Shown: positions 58,470-64,000 of the stretch, piece by piece
How positions within the stretch are numbered: the stretch's first letter is position 1
How the letters are laid out: each line of letters begins with the position of its first letter
NCBI GenBank assembly: GCA_030390025.1
Contig: JASTWF010000033.1
Location: 498,001-562,000, forward strand
DNA from: Squalus acanthias
Taxonomy: Eukaryota
DNA: 64,000 bases
Direction: 5' to 3'
Translations under genes and position numbers: made by a program
The notes under the pieces: generated by a model
Databases searched by the model: none
What the model saw: only the letters and a program-made list of their open reading frames with translations
What the model was told of the DNA's origin: nothing

Positions 58470-59430
58470 CAAAAGCACAGAAGGAGGACATCCGGCCCAT
58501 CGAGCCCATGCCTGCTCGCTGCAAAACGCTTCAGCTCGTCCCACTCCCCCGCCCTCAGCCCTGCAATATATTTTCCTTCGGGTACTTATCCAATTCCCTT
58601 CTGAGAGCCACGATTGAATCGGTCTCTACCACGCTTTCAGGTAGTGCATTCCAGATCCTTATCACTCGCTACCCAACGTTTTTTTTCCTCATGTCGCCTT
58701 TGCTTCTTCTGCCAATCACCTTAAATCTTGATCCTCTGGTTTTCGACCCTTCCACCAATGGGAACAGTTTCTCTCTATCGACCCTGTCTAGAACCCTCGT
58801 GATTTTGCACACCTCTATCAAATCATCTCGCAATCTTCTCTGCTCTAAGGAGAACAACGACAGCTTCTCCAGTCTAGCCACGCAACTGAAGTCCCTCATC
58901 CCCGAAACAAGCTTGTGAATCTTTTCTGCCTTCACATCCTTTCAAAAATGTTGTGCCCAGAATCCTCCACCTGAGGCCTAACTAATAATGTATAAAGGCT
59001 GAGCATTACTTCCTTGCTTTTGTAATCTATGACTCTATTAATAAAGCAAAGGATTCCGTATGCTTTTTAACAGCCTTTTCAACTTGTCCCGCCACCTTCA
59101 AAGATGGATAAATACACCCCCAGGTCTCTTTGTTCCTGCACCCGATTTAAAATTGTACCATTTAGTTTGTGTTGCATCTCCTCAATCTTCCTACCAAAAT
59201 GGATCACTTCACACTTCTCTGTGTTAAATTACATCTGCTGTGTCTCTGCCCATTTCACCACTCGGTAGATGTCCTCATGAAGTCTGTTACTTACCGTATC
59301 ATTGTTTACTACATTTCTGAGTCTCCTGTCATCTGCAAACTTGGAGATTCAGCCCAGTATACCCAAGTCCAGGTCATTAATATATATGAAAAAGAGCAGT
59401 GGTCCTAATACAGACTCCTGGGGAACACCA
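58470..59430 (-). mobile_element. CR1 RT-3' fragment
   Basis: RLEKLSLFSLEQRRLRDDLIEV..RVDREKLFPL. Confidence 0.88.
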
Positions 59431-59439
59431 CTGCATCCT

Positions 59440-59600
59440 CCTCTCCCCTGTTCCCTTGCCTCTGTACTTGCTTAAAACCTGTTACATCTCTAACTTTTTT
59501 CAGTTCTGACAACAGGTCAGCGACCTGAAACGTTAACTGTGTTTCTCTCTCCACAGAAGCTGCCTGACCTGCTGAGTATTTCCAGCATTTCCTCTTTTTA
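59440..59600 (+). mobile_element. Penelope-like fragment with minimal hammerhead motif (second family)
   Basis: CAGTT-CTGACAA-CAGGTCAGCGACCT-GAAA-CGTT-AACTG at 59501-59539, then GCTGCCTGACCTGCTGAGTATTTCCAGCA tail. Confidence 0.72.
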
Positions 59601-60014
59601 ATTAAGACACAAACACATTCGTTCAAAATCAAAATCAACCTGCAGGTGGCTACACACAGATTAAACAGAGCCAGAGAGACAAAGAGAATCAGGAACTATC
59701 GTGAAATAGACAAGAGATATTGACAAGGACTAAAAGCGCTTTGCTTTCTGAAAATTGCCTGACCGCCTGTAGTTAATTTGATGGTTGATTTCCTTACACA
59801 CCTTGGAATTCAGGAGAGCCTGGTTCCAGGGGATAGATGGCCTCCTCCTGTTGCTATGTTCCCAAGTGTAAAGTCTGGATCAATTTCTGCCAATCACACA
59901 GCCTTCCTAAATATAGCACCGTAATTCTATTCTTATAAAACAAGCCCCTGAAGTATCCGCCAGCTGTGCAGGTTCATACTCTAGTTATCTTCGAAATCTA
60001 ACGAGCAGCTCAGC

Positions 60015-60085
60015 GTTTCCGTGGTGTCGTGATTATCACGTTCACCTAATGTGAAAAGATCCCGGATTGAAACTGGGCGGAAGCA
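60015..60085 (+). pseudogene. tRNA-Val pseudogene
   Basis: GTTTCCGTGGTGTCGTGATTATCACGTTCACCTAA..GAAACTGGGCGGAAGCA-TTTTT. Confidence 0.8.
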
Positions 60086-60199
60086 TTTTTAAAAACATGT
60101 TAAACAAAATATTCGATAGAATATTAGAATAATACACATTTGTGATTCAATATTAACAACTAATACATTTGCTGTTCCTCTGTACAGTTCTGTTCACAC

Positions 60200-60830
60200 T
60201 CACAGGGTCAAAGAGATGGTATGGAAATGGAATGGCAGCCAGCATAAAAGGTAATCCAAACGCCTTCTACAGGCATTTAAATAGAAAACGTGTCGTAAGA
60301 GGAGGGGTGGGGCCGAATGGGACCAAAATGGAGACCTACGCAAGGAGGCAGAGGGCATGGCTGAGCTACTAAATGAGTACTTTGCATCTGCCTGCACCAA
60401 GGAAGAGGATGCTGCCACAGACATAGTGAAGGAGGAGGTAGTGGAGACACTTGATAGTATAATAATTGATAAAGAAGAGGAATTAGTAAGGCTGGCTGTG
60501 CTTAAAGTAGATAAATCACCAGGAGCGGATGGGATGCATCCTAGGAAACTGAGGGAAGTAAATGTGGAAATCGTGGAACAACTGGCCATAATATTCCAAT
60601 CCTCCATAGATACGGGGATGGTGCCAGAGGACTGGAGAATTGCAAATGTTCAAAACCACTGTTCAAAAAAGTGTATAAAGATAAACTCAGCAACTACAGG
60701 CCAGTCAGGTTAACCTCGGTATATGGAAGCTTTTAAAACAGCAATCAGGGTCAAAATTTACAGTCACTTGGATAGGTGCGGATTCATTAAAGAAAGCCAG
60801 CACGGTTTTGTGAAAGGCTAATCGTGCTTA
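60200..60830 (+). mobile_element. CR1 ORF2 internal fragment
   Basis: LLNEYFAS..KSPGADGMHPRKL..PEDWRIANV. Confidence 0.88.
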
Positions 60831-60909
60831 ACCATCGTGTTTTTCGCTGCCGAACGGCCTACACCTGCTCCTGTTTCTCATGTAGTGATGTTAAGATTGG
60901 GTCCCACTT

Positions 60910-62465
60910 GAGAAATCTTAAAAGAAGTGGCTTGTGAGATAGTTGATGCGTTAGTTTTAATTTTCCAAAATTCCCTAGATTCGGGGAAGGTTCCATTAGA
61001 TTGGAAAATAGCGAATGTAACTCCTTTATTCAAAAAGGGAGGGAGACAGAAAGCAGGAAACTACAGGCCAGTTAGCTTAACATCTGTCATAGGGAAGATG
61101 TTAGAAGCTATTATTAAAGACGTTACAGCAGGGCACTTAGAAAAGTTCAAAGTAATCAGGCAGACTCAACATGGTTTTGTGCAAGGGAAATCATGTTTTG
61201 CCAATTTATTGGAGTTCTTTGAGGAAGTAACATATGCTGTGCATAAATGGGAATCGGTGGATCTACTGTTCTTAGATTTCCAGCAGGCATTTGATAAGGT
61301 GCCACATCAAAGGTTATTGAGGAAAATAAAAGTTCATGGTGTAGGGGGTAACATATTGGCATGGATAGAAGATTGGCTAGCTAACAGGAAACAGAGAGTA
61401 GGCATAAATGGGTCATTTTCTGATTGGCAAAATGTAACAAGTGGTGTGCCACAGGAATCAGTGCTGGGGTCTCAACTTTTTACAATTTATATCAATGACT
61501 TGGATGAAGGGACCGAAGGTAAGGTTGCTAAATTTGCTGATGACAGAAAGATTGGTAGGAAAGTAAATTGTGAAGAGGACCTAAGGAGGCTACAAAAGGG
61601 ATATAGATAGGTTAAGTGAGTGGGTAATGAACTGGCAAATGGAGTATAATATGGGAAAATGTGAAGTCGTCCATTTTGGCAGGAAGAATAAAAAAGAAGC
61701 ATATTATCTAAATGGTGAGAGATTGCAGAGCTCTGAGATGCAGAAGGATCTGGGTATCCTAGTGCATGAATCGTAAAAGGTTACTATGCAGGTACAGCAA
61801 GTAATTAGGAAATCTAATAAAATGTTCTCGTTTATTGAGAGGGGAATTGAATACAGAAGTAGGGAGGTTATGTTGCAGTTATACAGGGCATTGGTGAAAC
61901 CACACCTGGAGTACTGTGTACTGTATTGGTCTCCTTATTTAAGGAAGTATATAAATGCGTTGGAAGCAGTTCAGAGAAGGTTTACTAGGCTAATACCTGG
62001 AATGGGCGGATTGTCTTATGAGGAAAGGTTGGACAGGCTAGGTTTGTATCCGCTTGAGTTTAGCAGAGAAAGAGGTGACTTGATTGAAACATATAAGATC
62101 CTAAGGGGTCTGGACAGGGTGGATGTGGAGAGGATGATTCCTCTTGTGGGAGAATCTAGAACTAGGGGTCACAGATTAAAAATAATGGGCCGCCCATTTA
62201 AGACAGAGATGAAGAGAATTTTTCTCACAGAGGGTCGTGAGTCTTTGGAACTCTCTTCCTCAGAGGGAGGTAGAAGCAGAGTCTTTGAATATTTTTAAGG
62301 CAGAGGTAGATAGATTCTTCGTAAGCAAGAGGGTGAAAAGTTATCGGGGGTAGGCGGGAATGTGGAGTAATCGGATCAGCCATGATCTTATTGAATGGCA
62401 GAGCAGGCTCGAAGGGCCGAGTGGCCTACTCCTGCTCCTAATTCGTATGTTCGGATGTTCGTAAT
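60910..62465 (+). mobile_element. CR1 RT to 3' UTR, inactivated
   Basis: YRPVSLTS, LDFQQAFDKVPH, KFADDRK, LVKPHLEYC; (TATGTTCG)-type tail. Confidence 0.95.
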
Positions 62466-62613
62466 AAACATACTTCGCACAATAACAGCAAGTGGGTCAG
62501 GTTATCCATATCAGTCAGATGGAATACCTGTGAGGTAAAAAGTTGTGTTTGATTCTTACGTTATATTTGCTTCAATTATTTCCTTTTATTTCTAGTTTTA
62601 AACCGGGACAACC

Positions 62614-64000
62614 ATAGAGTCATAGAGTCATAGAGTTATACAGCACAGAAAGAGGCCCTTCGGCCCATCGTGTCTGCGCCGGCCATCAAGCCCTGTCTAT
62701 TCTAATCCCATTTTCCAGCACTTGGTCCGTAGCCTTGTATGCTATGGCGTTTCAAGTGCTCATCTAAATGCTTCTTGAATGTTGTGAGGGTTCCTGCCTC
62801 TACCAACCTTTTAGGCAGTGAGTTCCAGATTCCAACCACCCTCTGGGTGAAAAATGTTTTCCTCAAATCCCCTCTAAACCTCCTGCCCCTTAACTTGAAA
62901 CTATGCCCCCTGGTTATTGACCCCTCTACTAAGGGGAAAAGTTCCTTTCTATCTACCCTATCTATGCCCCTCATAATTTTGTACACCTCAATCAGGACCC
63001 CCTCAGCCTTCGCTGCTCCAAGGAAAACAACCCCAGCCTGTCCAGTCTCCCTTCATAGCTGAAACGCTCCAGCCCAGGTAACATCCTGGTGAATCTTCTC
63101 TGCACCCACTCCAATGCAATCACATCCTTCCTATAGTGTGGCGACCAGAACTGCACACAGTATTCCAGCTGTGGCCTAACTAGCATTTTGTACAGCTCCA
63201 TCATAACCTTCCTGCTCTTATATTCTATGCCTTGGCTAATGAAGGCAAGTATCCCATATGCCTTCTTAACCACCTTATCTACCTGTCCTGCTGCCTTCAG
63301 GGATCTATGTACATGCACACCAAGGTCCCTCTGAATCCCTGTCCTTCCTAGGGTCCTACCATTCATTGTGTATTCCCTTGCCTTGTTAGTCTTCCCAAAA
63401 TGCACTCACAATTTTCAGGGTTAAATTCCATTTGCCACTGTTCTGCCCATCTGACCAACCCGTCTATATCGTCCTGTAGACTGAGGCTTCCCTCCTCGCT
63501 ATTAACCACTCTACCAATTTTCGTGTCGTCTGCGAACTTACTGATCATACCTCCTACATTCATATCTAAATCATTAATGTACACTACAAACAGCAACTGA
63601 CCCAGCACCGATCCCTGCGGTACACCACTGGACAAAGGCTTCCAGTCACAAAAACAACCTTTGACCATCACCTTCTGCCTCCTGCCACTAAGCCAATTTT
63701 GGATCCAATGTGTGTTAGGGGGGGATTAAATATGTGGGGTTATGGGGATAGGATGGGATATGTTAGGGGGAATTAAATACGTGGGGTGACGGGGGTAGGG
63801 TGGGATATGTGTACTGTGGGGATTAAAGCAGGGGACAGGGTACTGGATTTGGATGATCAGCCATGATCGTATTGAATGGTGGAGCAGGCTCGACGGGCCG
63901 AATGGCCTACTCCTGCTCCTAGATTCTATGTTTCTATGTTTCTAAATTGCCCTGGATCCCATGGGCACTTACCTTCTTGACCAGTCTCCCATGCGGGACT
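62614..64000 (-). mobile_element. CR1 RT-3' fragment interrupted at ~63710-63943 by a plus-strand SINE-like 3' piece with a CR1-type tail
   Basis: [25 protein letters not shown]; the insert ends (CTATGTTT)n and the CR1 resumes AAATTGCCCTGG. Confidence 0.9.

Overview
Repeat-dense vertebrate genomic DNA, most likely a cartilaginous fish (shark). This is inferred from abundant CR1-type LINEs, a SacSINE1/DeuSINE-like SINE, short Penelope-like elements and a two-exon GPR139-like receptor. No intact host protein-coding gene is visible. 1-5.1 kb: a decayed PIF/Harbinger transposon (transposase plus convergent spliced Myb/SANT gene) and related MITEs. 6.7-7.3 kb: a C2H2 zinc-finger relic. 11.8-16.8 kb: a GPR139-like pseudogene split by a young CR1 that creates an in-frame GPCR-CR1 chimeric ORF, with an 18-bp satellite in its intron. 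17.7-25.4 kb: a probable solo LTR, a 30-bp satellite, a G-rich tract and a 31-bp minisatellite grown out of a DeuSINE. 26-60 kb: a segmentally duplicated Pol III cluster of about 25 mostly damaged tRNA copies, containing two vault-RNA-like genes, four short Penelope-like inserts with minimal hammerhead-ribozyme motifs, and a young tRNA-Trp-primed Gypsy element truncated next to a tRNA-Trp copy. Most long ORFs in the ORF track are LINE fragments or satellite artefacts. All calls were made by eye against remembered consensus sequences; repeat boundaries are approximate.
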